Source: Nitrososphaeraceae archaeon | Lineage (GTDB): Archaea; Thermoproteota; Nitrososphaeria; Nitrososphaerales; Nitrososphaeraceae | Length of the DNA stretch: 64,000 nt | NCBI GenBank assembly: GCA_044870765.1 | Contig: JBIOZG010000043.1 | Coordinates: 1-64,000, forward strand | Direction: 5' to 3' | In this document: piece after piece, positions 29,517 through 39,719 of the stretch | Layout of the letters: each line of letters begins with the position of its first letter | Numbering within the stretch: position 1 is the first letter of the stretch | Notes under the pieces: model-generated | The model's input: the letters and a program-made list of their open reading frames with translations, nothing else | Told to the model about the DNA's origin: nothing | Databases searched by the model: none | Position numbers and translations under genes: made by a program

Positions 29517-30053
29517 CTAGTGTGCGTGTGGTGGTGGAGCACTACCCTTTGACAGAGCTTCATTGAATGTTCCTGAAGCCTTTTCATGGAATTCAAGTGA
29601 AGACTGATCTACTTTTACAGCTTGTGGCGGACAAACCGATACACAGGCCATACACCAAATGCAATCATGTTCACGAATTGCATCTGCCTTGTCGGTATAA
29701 TCTTTACGTTCTTCTTTGACCGTGCTACCTGTTCCCTTCCATGTTTGATTTTTTGCCTCTTTAGCAGGAACATCATGTTCTGTTCTATACCACTGGAATA
29801 CCTGTACTGGACATGCTTCGATACAAGCACCATCGGCAACACATGAATCCCAATCAACTGCTACCATAGTACCACTTACACCAAGTGGTTCTATTTGTTC
29901 ACCCCTTGCTGCGTAGGCTGCTTTTACTTCTTCGTTTTCTGCAGCTTCTTGTAGTTTTCCTGGGCCCCACATGAAATGGAAATGTTCACCGTCATCAAGT
30001 TGTATCTTACCAGAAACCTGATGATTTTTTGGAAAGTCTGGATCTATAGGCAT
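29517..30053 (-). CDS. Dicluster ferredoxin related to Sulfolobus zinc-containing ferredoxin (Zfx)
   Basis: PIDP N-terminus, CVADGACIEACP (3Fe-type) and CIWCMACVSVCP (4Fe-4S), VFQWY, KAD. Confidence 0.9.
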   Translation of the reverse strand: MPIDPDFPKNHQVSGKIQLDDGEHFHFMWGPGKLQEAAENEEVKAAYAARGEQIEPLGVSGTMVAVDWDSCVADGACIEACPVQVFQWYRTEHDVPAKEAKNQTWKGTGSTVKEERKDYTDKADAIREHDCIWCMACVSVCPPQAVKVDQSSLEFHEKASGTFNEALSKGSAPPPHAH

Positions 30054-30147
30054 CTTTATCGTTTTGATCTTTGTCTGAATATTATATAAACCATATGTGA
30101 ATTACCGAGCCCAATTAGTAGGATCTACCGATATCTAGAGATGACTT

Positions 30148-31254
30148 CTATGACTGTATAGCTTCTTCAACCTTGTTGGCGATAAAATTCAAGTCCTTTT
30201 CTGTAATTGATGGATGTACGGGTAGCGAGAGAACACTTTTTGAAGCCCATTCTGTTATCTCTAGCTCTCCATTATGAAATTGTGAGTAGAATGGCGTTTC
30301 ATGAACTGGTGGATCATAATAAATAGTTGCGCCGATTCCACTTTCATTTAGGAATTTTTTTACCTTGTCTCGAGAATCATTTAAGGCCACTGTATAGAGA
30401 TACCAATTATATTTTGTCCTCTGGTTTTCGTGCGGCAGGACAATATTTTTATTCTTAATTTTATCGCCTAACAGCTGCCCTAGTTTTTTTGCGTTAATGG
30501 CCCTTTTGTCCAACATGGATTTAATCTTTTTCATCTGAGTTTTTGCAATAGCTGCCGAAATTTCAGGTAATCTCATATTGAAACCGATTATTCGTGTATC
30601 ATACCCACTCACCATTCCATGATTTCGAATCATTCGCAGCTTTTCTGCATATTCATCGCTATTGGTAGTAATTGCACCGCCTTCGCCTGAGGTCAAGACT
30701 TTTGACGCATACATGCTAAAACACCCCATTTGACCTATTGTCCCTGTCTGGTTTCCATCGAATGTGGATCCCAATGATTGACAGGCATCTTCTATAACCA
30801 TCAATGAATATTTATTTGCTATCTCCAGTATTTCATCCATCTTTGCAGGATGTCCGTACAGGTGAACTGGGATTATTGCCCTTGTTTTTTTGGTAATCTT
30901 GCTTTGTAAATCCTGAGGGTTCATTGTATAGGCATCTTTCTCAATATCGACAAAGACCGGTTTGGCCCCTGTACATGCGACTGAATTTGCAGTTGCAACA
31001 AATGTAAATGAAGGGATCAATATTTCGTCTGCTTCTTTGACCCCTGCAGCAAGAATTGAAGCATGTAAAGCGGCGGTACCAGAATTGACTGCAATCGCAT
31101 GTTTGACATGCAAGAAATTAGCCAATAACCCTTCAAAATCCTGAACTCTTTTACCGCCGAAGTTAGAAGCTGATGTTAAAATTCCCTCATCCAGTACCCT
31201 GAGAATCTCTTCTCTTTCATCATCATCTATTTGTGGTTTATTAATTGGTATCAT
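30148..31254 (-). CDS. DegT/DnrJ/EryC1/StrS sugar aminotransferase
   Basis: NSGTAALH, PSFTFVAT, IEDACQ, SMYASK...GEGG. Confidence 0.93.
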   Translation of the reverse strand: MIPINKPQIDDDEREEILRVLDEGILTSASNFGGKRVQDFEGLLANFLHVKHAIAVNSGTAALHASILAAGVKEADEILIPSFTFVATANSVACTGAKPVFVDIEKDAYTMNPQDLQSKITKKTRAIIPVHLYGHPAKMDEILEIANKYSLMVIEDACQSLGSTFDGNQTGTIGQMGCFSMYASKVLTSGEGGAITTNSDEYAEKLRMIRNHGMVSGYDTRIIGFNMRLPEISAAIAKTQMKKIKSMLDKRAINAKKLGQLLGDKIKNKNIVLPHENQRTKYNWYLYTVALNDSRDKVKKFLNESGIGATIYYDPPVHETPFYSQFHNGELEITEWASKSVLSLPVHPSITEKDLNFIANKVEEAIQS

Positions 31255-31382
31255 AAGTTATTCACTTGATTATTCACAAGTAGATTACCGAAATAATAAT
31301 GCTATTCATAACCAAAGCCAGTTGAGCCTCTCATTTATAGCATTTAAACAAATAAAAATAAGAAATATTCCAAGAAATTCAA

Positions 31383-31512
31383 GCAGATGTGGCAGAGTGG
31401 TCTTCTTAAATTTTTTAGGTTTAAGAACACAATAATGCGTCGGCCTTGAGTCAGGCCGAAAGAAAGCCGATTCGCCTTCGGGCGAGCAGGAGTTCAAATC
31501 TCCTCATCTGCG
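31383..31512 (+). tRNA. tRNA-Ser(TGA) with two introns (D-loop ~31402-31433; anticodon loop ~31451-31464)
   Basis: GCAGATG/CATCTGC acceptor stem, discriminator G, long variable arm TCGCC-TTCG-GGCGA, T arm AGGAG-TTCAAAT-CTCCT, TCGGC-CT-TGA-G...A-GCCGA anticodon arm; both inserts fold into BHB-like structures. Confidence 0.85.
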
Positions 31513-31653
31513 TTACATTTGTCAGGTAAGGCAGTGTAAACTAATGTAAAGTGAGTTAAAGTAGAGATAGGTAAGGTAATTGCGATGACCCAATCTTAAT
31601 TTAACTAACAAAGAATTGAATAGAATTATAAAAAATCAAATCTAATCGAGCAT

Positions 31654-32781
31654 ATGGAAAGAAGACAGTTAATTAAGCTTGTTATCCCTTCGGCACTGGT
31701 CATCATCGTAAGTATTTTAACCATGAAGTTTTCTCCCTCTGAAACTTTGGTGCCATTACCTGCACCAGTATCGAATTTGAGTAATCTGACAAATTCCAGT
31801 GGAGTGGAAATTATTGCGGAGGGGCTACAGGCTCCAAGGTCTATCGATATTTCAAAGGATGGACGAATTTTCGTTTCAGAAAAACGAGGAAGTATTAGAG
31901 TTGTTGACAATGGAACGCTTTTAACCGAACCTGTAGGTGACATAAAGGCCGAAAATATAGGGGATGCTGGTTTACTAGGTCTCACATTACATCCAAATTT
32001 TACACAAAATCATTTGTTCTATGTTTATTACACTTATTCAAACAGCACGGGCTTGTTCAATAAAGTCTTGATGCTTACGGAAAGCAACAACAGAATAATC
32101 GATTCAAAAACAATACTCGATGGAATTCCGGGTGATGAATATAGGGACGGGGGACGCATAAAGTTCGGTCCGGACGGTAAACTATACGTATCAACCGGGG
32201 ATGCTTCAATTCCAGAACTATCGCAGGACTTGGATTCTCTGGCAGGAAAAATACTTCGTACTAACGAAGATGGAACTATCCCGCAAGACAACCCCTTTTC
32301 CAATTCACCTGTTTATGCATATGGTTTTAGGAATGTCCAAGGATTAGCATGGGCTCCCAATAGCGGAGCTCTGTATAGTTCAGACCAAGGAGGGGCTGGT
32401 AATGATGAATTAAATTTAATATCGCCGGGAAAAAATTATGGATGGCCTCATGAAGAATGCAACAGTAGTGATGATGATAATCGGTATACTCCACCGGTCC
32501 TGTGCTTTAATCCATCATTAGAACCATCCGGAATTGCTTTTGCATTTTCAAACAAGTTGGGATATCAGAATCATTTAATCGTCGCCACCCTGAAGGGATC
32601 CCATTTAAGAGATATAGACTTTGATTCTGGCAGTCAAAATACTATCCTAGTAGGTTATGGTCGCATAATAGACTTGGTAGAATCTGAAGATGGATCAATT
32701 TTTGTTCTTACTAGCAATACTGATGGTAGAGCATTACCGCAGCAAGGCGACGACAAAATATTAAGGCTCACAGGATCATAA
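31654..32781 (+). CDS. Glucose/sorbosone (PQQ-dependent sugar) dehydrogenase family protein, membrane-anchored
   Basis: GLLGLTLHPNF, GGRIKFGPDGKLYVSTGD, YGFRNVQG, NYGWP. Confidence 0.9.
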   Translation: MERRQLIKLVIPSALVIIVSILTMKFSPSETLVPLPAPVSNLSNLTNSSGVEIIAEGLQAPRSIDISKDGRIFVSEKRGSIRVVDNGTLLTEPVGDIKAENIGDAGLLGLTLHPNFTQNHLFYVYYTYSNSTGLFNKVLMLTESNNRIIDSKTILDGIPGDEYRDGGRIKFGPDGKLYVSTGDASIPELSQDLDSLAGKILRTNEDGTIPQDNPFSNSPVYAYGFRNVQGLAWAPNSGALYSSDQGGAGNDELNLISPGKNYGWPHEECNSSDDDNRYTPPVLCFNPSLEPSGIAFAFSNKLGYQNHLIVATLKGSHLRDIDFDSGSQNTILVGYGRIIDLVESEDGSIFVLTSNTDGRALPQQGDDKILRLTGS

Positions 32782-32793
32782 TAGTAGTGGTGG

Positions 32794-34065
32794 GTGGTCA
32801 TGCCAATGAATACAGAAAAGAAATTCTACGAGATGGACATTGATGAAAGATTATCATTTATTTCATCAAAAAGCAATATTTCAAAAAATGAAATTTCGAC
32901 AGCTGTAAATCAACCTCTACCATTTGATAAAGTTGACAGGATGGTAGAAAATGCAATAGGAAATTATTCACTACCTCTTGGTATAGCAACAAATTTTGTG
33001 ATAAATGAAAAAGAGTACCTGGTTCCCATGGCAATTGAAGAACCGTCTGTTATCGCAGCTGCCAGTCATGCAGCAAAACTAGCCAGGTCTTGTGGAGGAT
33101 TCAAGGCAACTGCTGATAGTTCCATCATGAGAGGCCAAATTCAAGTTACAAACATGTTAGATATCAAGAAAGCCATGCGTACTATCTCAAAGAACAAAGA
33201 ATCTTTACTCAAAATGGCTAATTCCTTGTCAAAAAATGTTAGAGCAATAGACCTCAAGACGCGTGTAATTACTAGTGATGTTGACAGGTCCAAAATGCTT
33301 GTTTCAGAATTATATGTAGATTGTAAGGATTCTATGGGCGCAAATACCGTAAATTCAATGTGTGAGCTTCTGGGTCCTGAAATAGAAAGAATGGCCAATG
33401 GTAATGGGAAAGTTAACCTCAAAATACTTTCCAATTATGCAACGGAGAGAATTGTAATTAGCAAGGCCACTTTTAAAAAGGAAGAGCTTGGTGGCACTGA
33501 GGTTGTTGACAGGATACTGTCTGCATTTGCATTTGCATTTTCTGATCCCCATAGAGCCGTAACTCATAACAAAGGGATAATGAATGGAATAGACGCAGTT
33601 TCAATTGCAACAGGCCAGGATTTTCGTGCCATTGAGGCAGCTGCTCATGCGTATGCCTCCAGAGATGGCAGATACCGATCACTTAGTATTTTTACAAAAT
33701 CATCCAAAGGTGATCTAACAGCTAGCATTGAAATTCCATTGTCAGTTGGAATCGTAGGTGGAATATCTACGGTACATCCCACAGCAAAGATGAGTTTGAA
33801 AATTTTGAGGGTAAAATCAGCATCAGAACTTGCTTGTGTTATTGCATCTGTTGGACTTGCGCAAAACTTTGCCGCAATTAGAGCATTATCCACAGAAGGA
33901 ATTCAAAAGGGCCATATGAGATTACATGCAAAGAATATAGCTGTTGCGGCAGGTGCCATGGGAAAACTAATTGATATCGTAGCTGAAACCATGTATTCAC
34001 AATCAAACATAACGATAGACAATGCCAGAGCGATTCTACATGAGCTGCAATTAAAGAGCAGTTGA
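32794..34065 (+). CDS. hmgA: HMG-CoA reductase, class II
   Basis: MVENAIG, PMAIEEPSVIAA, DSMGAN, THNKGIMNG, GIQKGHMRLH; true start may be 32800 or 32806. Confidence 0.93.
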   Translation: MVMPMNTEKKFYEMDIDERLSFISSKSNISKNEISTAVNQPLPFDKVDRMVENAIGNYSLPLGIATNFVINEKEYLVPMAIEEPSVIAAASHAAKLARSCGGFKATADSSIMRGQIQVTNMLDIKKAMRTISKNKESLLKMANSLSKNVRAIDLKTRVITSDVDRSKMLVSELYVDCKDSMGANTVNSMCELLGPEIERMANGNGKVNLKILSNYATERIVISKATFKKEELGGTEVVDRILSAFAFAFSDPHRAVTHNKGIMNGIDAVSIATGQDFRAIEAAAHAYASRDGRYRSLSIFTKSSKGDLTASIEIPLSVGIVGGISTVHPTAKMSLKILRVKSASELACVIASVGLAQNFAAIRALSTEGIQKGHMRLHAKNIAVAAGAMGKLIDIVAETMYSQSNITIDNARAILHELQLKSS

Positions 34066-34197
34066 GTTTACAATGTACTATAAATATCTTGAATAATTTT
34101 TCATACTAAATTTCAACATAATTATCAAATCAAATATTCTCTGCAAATAATTTTTCAATAGAAATATATCCCATTAAGAAGATACTTCGATTATCAG

Positions 34198-35175
34198 ATG
34201 GCAATAGTAAAATTCGCGATACCAAAAGGCAGTATCGAAGATGCAACCTTTAAAATCATTGAAGAAGCATGGCAGACAGTAAAAGGTCGTGGCAGGACGT
34301 ACAGAGTCAAGCTAAGCGACCCTGAAATAGAAGTAAAAATCTTGCGACCGCAGGAAATCCCCACATATGTGCAGGAAGGTTTTTACGATATCGGAATTAC
34401 TGGCAAAGATTGGATTGTTGAGGCTAGCGCGGATGTCAAGATTCTACTGGATCTAGAATACGGTCAGGTAAATCAGGTGATAGCAATTCCAGAAAATCTA
34501 GAATACAACAATTTAACTGAGTTGATAGAAGGTTTCGCAAAACAGAAACGGGCGCTCCGAATTTCATCAGAGTACCTTACTACCACTTCTAGTCTAATAC
34601 GTTCTAACAAAGCATATCAAAAATACTACGGTGATGCAAGACCAATGATAATTACACCATGGTTGAGAGTTGGGGAAAATAAGATGGTTGAAATCTTTCT
34701 TTCCTTTGGTGCTACTGAAGCAAAACCACCCGAAGATGTAGACGCTATTTGTGATATAACAGAAACGGGGACTACACTTGTTCAAAATAACCTAAAGCTC
34801 ATAGAAACCGTTGCTCAATCTAGTGCTCAATTAATCGCAAACAAGACCTCGTTGGAGGACAAGGCAAAGTCTGAAAAAATAGCAGACATACTTGCATTGA
34901 TAAAGGGAGTTGTAGAAGCAAGGAAGAAACTACATATTTTTGTAAACGTCAAACAAGAGAATCTGCAAAAATTATTGGAATGCTTACCTGCTCTGAAAAG
35001 ACCTACGATAAGCAAGTTGAGTGAAGAAGGTTGGTATGGTGTTAATACCGTTATTGACAAAACCGAATTCATAAAGATAGTTCCACATCTTAGAGAAATA
35101 GCCCAGGGACTGGTTGTAATGCAGCCAAAGCAAATACTGCCAATGGAGGAGCTAAAGCAGGTCATGGGTCAGTGA
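34198..35175 (+). CDS. hisG: ATP phosphoribosyltransferase (long form)
   Basis: AIPKGS, RPQEIP, GITGKD, GATE, DITETGTTL..NNL and a C-terminal regulatory domain. Confidence 0.95.
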   Translation: MAIVKFAIPKGSIEDATFKIIEEAWQTVKGRGRTYRVKLSDPEIEVKILRPQEIPTYVQEGFYDIGITGKDWIVEASADVKILLDLEYGQVNQVIAIPENLEYNNLTELIEGFAKQKRALRISSEYLTTTSSLIRSNKAYQKYYGDARPMIITPWLRVGENKMVEIFLSFGATEAKPPEDVDAICDITETGTTLVQNNLKLIETVAQSSAQLIANKTSLEDKAKSEKIADILALIKGVVEARKKLHIFVNVKQENLQKLLECLPALKRPTISKLSEEGWYGVNTVIDKTEFIKIVPHLREIAQGLVVMQPKQILPMEELKQVMGQ

Positions 35176-36455
35176 TAAAAAAGATAAGGGTAAACGACGC
35201 AAAACGGCAAGCATTTCTTATTCGCAGTTCAGGTCATATGCCGCAGAATAGTCTTTTTGTTCAAAAAATAATAAACGATGTTATCAAATTCGGAGATAAG
35301 GCGATAATAAAGTATACTAAAAAATTTGACAATGTAAAAATTGATTCTATTTTAGTGGAAAAAGTAGATTTTAGAAAGGCGTATCGACAGGTGACTACAA
35401 GTCAACTAAACGCCCTTAAAAAAACAAAAAAGCTACTTGAAAAAAATGAAAAAATGCTCCATGATAGATTGACTGGGATAATAACATCAGAACATGGAGT
35501 TAAAATTGAGAGAAAACTCAAACCCATTGAAAGTATTGGATGTTATGTGCCAGGAGGAAAAGCGCGATATCCAAGCACCCTAATAATGTGCGCTGTTCCC
35601 GCAATAGTTGCAAATGTAGGCAGGATAGCAATAGTAAGTCCGCCTATGAAAGACGGCAATATTGATCCTCTCACTCTTGTAGCTGCCGATATATGCGATA
35701 TAGACGAAGTTTATAGAATCGGTGGTGCCCAAGCAGTAGCAGCTCTCGCTTATGGGACCAAAACAATTAGCAAGGTTGATAAAATTGTAGGTCCTGGAGG
35801 TCTATTTGTTAATATTGCAAAATATCTTGTTAGCAACAAGACTGCCATTGATATGATAGCAGGTCCTACTGAGTTGTTAATATACGCAGATTCTAAATCC
35901 GATCCCAAATTTGTGGTCAAAGATTTAATTTCACAGGCAGAACACAGTCCTGATACAATTTGTGGTGTTGTTACTACTTCAAGTAATTTAATTGGAAAAT
36001 TAGAAAAGGAAGTCACCAAGTTACTGGATAGCTCTCTGCCTAGATTGGGCATAATCTCAGCAAGTTTCAAGAAAAATGCATTTATAGCATTGTGCAAAAA
36101 CGAAGCAGACGCCATTTTATTTGCTAACGAACTGGCACCCGAACATTTACAGATCTTATCGGAAAATCCAGAAAAAATAGCCTCAAAAATTAATACCGCA
36201 GGGGTCATTTTACTGGGCAAATACAGCCCTTCGTCTGCAAGTGATTACTGCCTGGGATCAAATCATGTGTTACCAACAATGGAATTTGGTAAATCAAAGG
36301 CGTCACTATCAGTACTTGATTTTGTAAAATTGGTTAACCATATCACAGTAACAAAAAACGGTCTTCAATCAGTTCAAGAGTACATAAGAGAACTAGCGTT
36401 TGCTGAAGGATTACCAAATCACTATTATGCTGTAGAGGAGAGATTGAAAAATTGA
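35172..36455 (+). CDS. hisD: Histidinol dehydrogenase
   Basis: YVPGGKARYPST, GGAQA, AGPTE, SQAEH, APEHL, GSNHVLPT. Confidence 0.96.
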   Translation: MIKKIRVNDAKRQAFLIRSSGHMPQNSLFVQKIINDVIKFGDKAIIKYTKKFDNVKIDSILVEKVDFRKAYRQVTTSQLNALKKTKKLLEKNEKMLHDRLTGIITSEHGVKIERKLKPIESIGCYVPGGKARYPSTLIMCAVPAIVANVGRIAIVSPPMKDGNIDPLTLVAADICDIDEVYRIGGAQAVAALAYGTKTISKVDKIVGPGGLFVNIAKYLVSNKTAIDMIAGPTELLIYADSKSDPKFVVKDLISQAEHSPDTICGVVTTSSNLIGKLEKEVTKLLDSSLPRLGIISASFKKNAFIALCKNEADAILFANELAPEHLQILSENPEKIASKINTAGVILLGKYSPSSASDYCLGSNHVLPTMEFGKSKASLSVLDFVKLVNHITVTKNGLQSVQEYIRELAFAEGLPNHYYAVEERLKN

Positions 36456-37516
36456 CAGATTGGCTTATGGAAGAAATGAAGAAAATTTCATTGATTGAAA
36501 AATATACAGTACCTTCGGAAAGTAACTTTTTTAAATTGGATGCAAATGAAAACCTAGTCTTAGACAAGGATTTTCTTACCAAAATTTCGATAAATAGTTT
36601 GAAAAAAACGGACTTGAGAAAATATCCAATTGAGCTATATGAACGGTTATATAAAAAACTCTCAAATTATTTGGATGTTAGCGTTGACTCACTGGTGTTA
36701 GGAAGTGGTTCTGATCAGATTATAGATTTACTTTTGACACTAATAGGTAGAGGGAGAAGGTTAACCTCAATATATCCAACATTCTCCTATTTTAAAACAC
36801 GATGTCAACTGCACGGAATAGATGTTTCTGAATTAAAGTTATCTGCCATTGATAACAGTCTTGACTCTGAAAAATTTATTGAGGTTGCAAAAAAATCTCA
36901 TGCAGCATACCTGTGCTCTCCTAATAATCCAACTGGAAATCAATTTGAAAAATCAAAAATTCTGCGTATTGTCGGGTCCTTGAAAAGCACCCTAGTAATA
37001 GTAGACGAAGCGTACGTAGAATTTGCAAAATATTCACTGATAAAGCATATAAAAGAATATCCAAACCTTGTTGTGCTTCGTACTTTTTCAAAGGGCCTAG
37101 CTCTCGCTGGTGCAAGGATAGGTTATATGGTTGCAAATGAAAAACTTGCAGATTTGTTTAAGAATAGGATCCAGTTACCTTATGCAGTAAACAGTCTATC
37201 ACTTGCTATTGCGATCTCATTAATCTCTAATCCTAAAAAGGTGGAAAGGAGTATAGCACTGATAAAAGATGAAAGAGACAGAATGTATCAGAGGTTATCA
37301 AAAATCAAAAAAATAAATGTTTACAAGTCCGATGCAAATTTTCTATTCGTAAGAGGTAACAAAGAGTATAACAGAATTATTGAGGCTTTGGGAAATTCAA
37401 AAATATTGATAAAAGGTTTAGGCAATATCGATACCTATGGGAATTGCATTAGGATAACAATAGGTACAAAAAAGGTGAATAACAAGATATTGTCAGTATT
37501 TAGCAATATTCAATAG
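36452..37516 (+). CDS. hisC: Histidinol-phosphate aminotransferase
   Basis: LDANEN, GSDQ, SPNNPTG, DEAY.EF, RTFSK..LAGARIGY. Confidence 0.95.
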   Translation: MTDWLMEEMKKISLIEKYTVPSESNFFKLDANENLVLDKDFLTKISINSLKKTDLRKYPIELYERLYKKLSNYLDVSVDSLVLGSGSDQIIDLLLTLIGRGRRLTSIYPTFSYFKTRCQLHGIDVSELKLSAIDNSLDSEKFIEVAKKSHAAYLCSPNNPTGNQFEKSKILRIVGSLKSTLVIVDEAYVEFAKYSLIKHIKEYPNLVVLRTFSKGLALAGARIGYMVANEKLADLFKNRIQLPYAVNSLSLAIAISLISNPKKVERSIALIKDERDRMYQRLSKIKKINVYKSDANFLFVRGNKEYNRIIEALGNSKILIKGLGNIDTYGNCIRITIGTKKVNNKILSVFSNIQ

Positions 37517-37528
37517 ATAAAAGTAGAT

Positions 37529-38491
37529 TTGATAAGAATGAATCAAGATGCGTGTATTATTTTTGATATAGACGGGGTGTTAATTGATACGAGAAAATCC
37601 TACAACGAATCAATAAGACAAACAGTTCAATATATGGTCAAACGTAACAATCCGACTATCGATAATGTAGAATCATTGGTAACAGATGACATGATATTTA
37701 ATTTCCGTAAATCAGGAATGTTTAACAATGATGCTGACACAAGTTATGCGTTTATTCTGAGCATCGTTTGTGGACCGTCAAAAATTTCCGATTTACATAT
37801 TTTTCTGGAAAAAATCACAGGAAATGCAACTGCAAATGGAATAAAGTCTGTAGAAAATTTTCTACTAGACTACTCCAAGGACAAAGAGAAGGTAATAAGG
37901 ACAATGAGAATGCTAAATTATCCAGGTGACATCGACAGCAGCATAGTAGCGCGGGTCTTTGATGAATATTTTTACGGCCCTAGTTTATTCAAAAAACAAC
38001 ACAGCGCCGATGCCCAGTATTATTTTGGCTCGCCGCTCATCGAGAACGACGTGCTATTGGTGAGGGATTCAACGATTAAAAAAATATCGGACTATTTTGA
38101 TATGAGGTTAGGAATTGTTTCGGGTAGAAGTAGGGTGGCTGCAGAATATTCCATGAAATGGTTGTTTGACTATTTTGATACTAATGCATCAATTTTTTTG
38201 GAGGATGAAAAAAGAGAGATGGGCAAACCCAACCCTTTGGCATTAATAAAATCGATCAGGAGTATGGGGGTCTGTAATGCTTTTTATGTTGGCGATTCAG
38301 CAGAGGATTTGTTGATGGTACTAAAGGCAAGAGAAGAATCTCATCTAGATATACAATTAATTGGAATATGTCCACCCAATTATAGGGCGAATCAAATAAG
38401 GAATCTATTCACGGAAAATGGAACTTCTTTAATAGCACAAGAAGTTAATGAATTACCGAACATATTAAATAAAGTTAAGACCCAATTTTAG
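37529..38491 (+). CDS. HAD-family hydrolase, candidate histidinol-phosphate phosphatase
   Basis: FDIDGVLID, SGRS, KPNP and VGDSAED motifs; located between hisC and hisB. Confidence 0.8.
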   Translation: MIRMNQDACIIFDIDGVLIDTRKSYNESIRQTVQYMVKRNNPTIDNVESLVTDDMIFNFRKSGMFNNDADTSYAFILSIVCGPSKISDLHIFLEKITGNATANGIKSVENFLLDYSKDKEKVIRTMRMLNYPGDIDSSIVARVFDEYFYGPSLFKKQHSADAQYYFGSPLIENDVLLVRDSTIKKISDYFDMRLGIVSGRSRVAAEYSMKWLFDYFDTNASIFLEDEKREMGKPNPLALIKSIRSMGVCNAFYVGDSAEDLLMVLKAREESHLDIQLIGICPPNYRANQIRNLFTENGTSLIAQEVNELPNILNKVKTQF

Positions 38492-38498
38492 ATACCAA

Positions 38499-39098
38499 TT
38501 GTCAGATAGTGATAAGCCTAGGACTGCATCGCTGAGCAGAAGTACATCTGAAACAACAATAACATTGAAAGTTAACCTGGATGGTGAGGGTAAGGCTCAA
38601 ATCTCAAGTGGCTTGAAATTTCTGGACCATCTAATAACTACATTCTGTAAATACAGTCTGGTTGACATAGAAGCTGAGGTAAAGTCTCATGACTCGATAT
38701 TACACCATTTGATAGAAGATATTGCTATATGCATTGGACAAGGATTGGATAAAGCGTTAGGTAATAGAGCCAGGATAATGAGGTTTGGCTATGCTATAGT
38801 TCCTATGGATGATTCGAGGAGCAATTCAGCAATTGATCTGGTTAAAAGACAGTTCTCTAAATTTGAATTAAAATTAGAAAGAAACGAAGTAGAAGGCATT
38901 GCAAAGGAGGATATAGAACACTTTTTTAGATCCTTACTGCAAAATCTCGTCGCCTGTACACACATATTGGTAGAATATGGAAAAGACGATCATCATAAAT
39001 TGGAATCTGCCATCAAGAGTTTTGCCATTGCATTTAGAAACGCTGCAGCTATTGACCCAAGAAGAAAAGGACTCCCAAGTACTAAAGACATGATGTAG
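38499..39098 (+). CDS. hisB: Imidazoleglycerol-phosphate dehydratase (monofunctional)
   Basis: FLDHL, HHLIED, PMDD, DDHHKLES..KSF. Confidence 0.95.
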   Translation: MSDSDKPRTASLSRSTSETTITLKVNLDGEGKAQISSGLKFLDHLITTFCKYSLVDIEAEVKSHDSILHHLIEDIAICIGQGLDKALGNRARIMRFGYAIVPMDDSRSNSAIDLVKRQFSKFELKLERNEVEGIAKEDIEHFFRSLLQNLVACTHILVEYGKDDHHKLESAIKSFAIAFRNAAAIDPRRKGLPSTKDMM

Positions 39099-39719
39099 AT
39101 GACAAGGATAGCTATTTTTGATTTTGGTGCAGGCAATTTATTTAGTTTGCACCACTCACTCCATAGAAATGGTGCTCAATCCGTAGACATCATCCGGACT
39201 TTGGATGGTTTGGAAAAATATGATGGACTGGTTTTACCAGGTGTTGGTAATTTTGATAGTGCAATAAGTTCTATGCAAAAAGATGCAGTAATGCTAAATA
39301 CGGCTGTAAATGATGGGTTGCCGATACTTGGAATTTGTCTCGGTCTTGAGATGTTATTTAACAAAAGTGAAGAAGGAACCCTTGATGGACTAAAAGTGTT
39401 AGAAGGAGAAGTATTGTTGCTACCAAGGAAGAGGGTTAAGGTTCCCCACATGGGCTGGAACAACTTGAGGATTGTTATGACAGATAGCAATTTGCTAAAA
39501 GGAATCCCACAAGATTCTTGGGTATATTTTGTACACTCATATCATATAGAGCCCAAAGATGAAAAACTTGTCGCAGCAACAACTGATTACGGGTCAAAAT
39601 TGCCCGTGGTAGTGGAGCGATCTAATCTGTTTGGGACCCAGTTTCACCCTGAAAAATCAGGAAAAATTGGAGCCCAAATAATGAAAAATTTTGTCAATGT
39701 TTGTGAAAAAAACGAATGA
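39099..39719 (+). CDS. hisH: Imidazole glycerol phosphate synthase, glutaminase subunit
   Basis: LPGVG, GICLG, PHMGWN, FVHSY, QFHPEKS. Confidence 0.96.
   Translation: MTRIAIFDFGAGNLFSLHHSLHRNGAQSVDIIRTLDGLEKYDGLVLPGVGNFDSAISSMQKDAVMLNTAVNDGLPILGICLGLEMLFNKSEEGTLDGLKVLEGEVLLLPRKRVKVPHMGWNNLRIVMTDSNLLKGIPQDSWVYFVHSYHIEPKDEKLVAATTDYGSKLPVVVERSNLFGTQFHPEKSGKIGAQIMKNFVNVCEKNE

Noticed and set aside
31306-31497. 63-aa minus-strand ORF
   Set aside because: Antisense to the intron-containing tRNA-Ser.
32794-34065. Bacterial-type class II HMG-CoA reductase as a recent transfer
   Set aside because: Class II enzymes are already known in several archaeal lineages, and nothing in the local sequence suggests recent acquisition.
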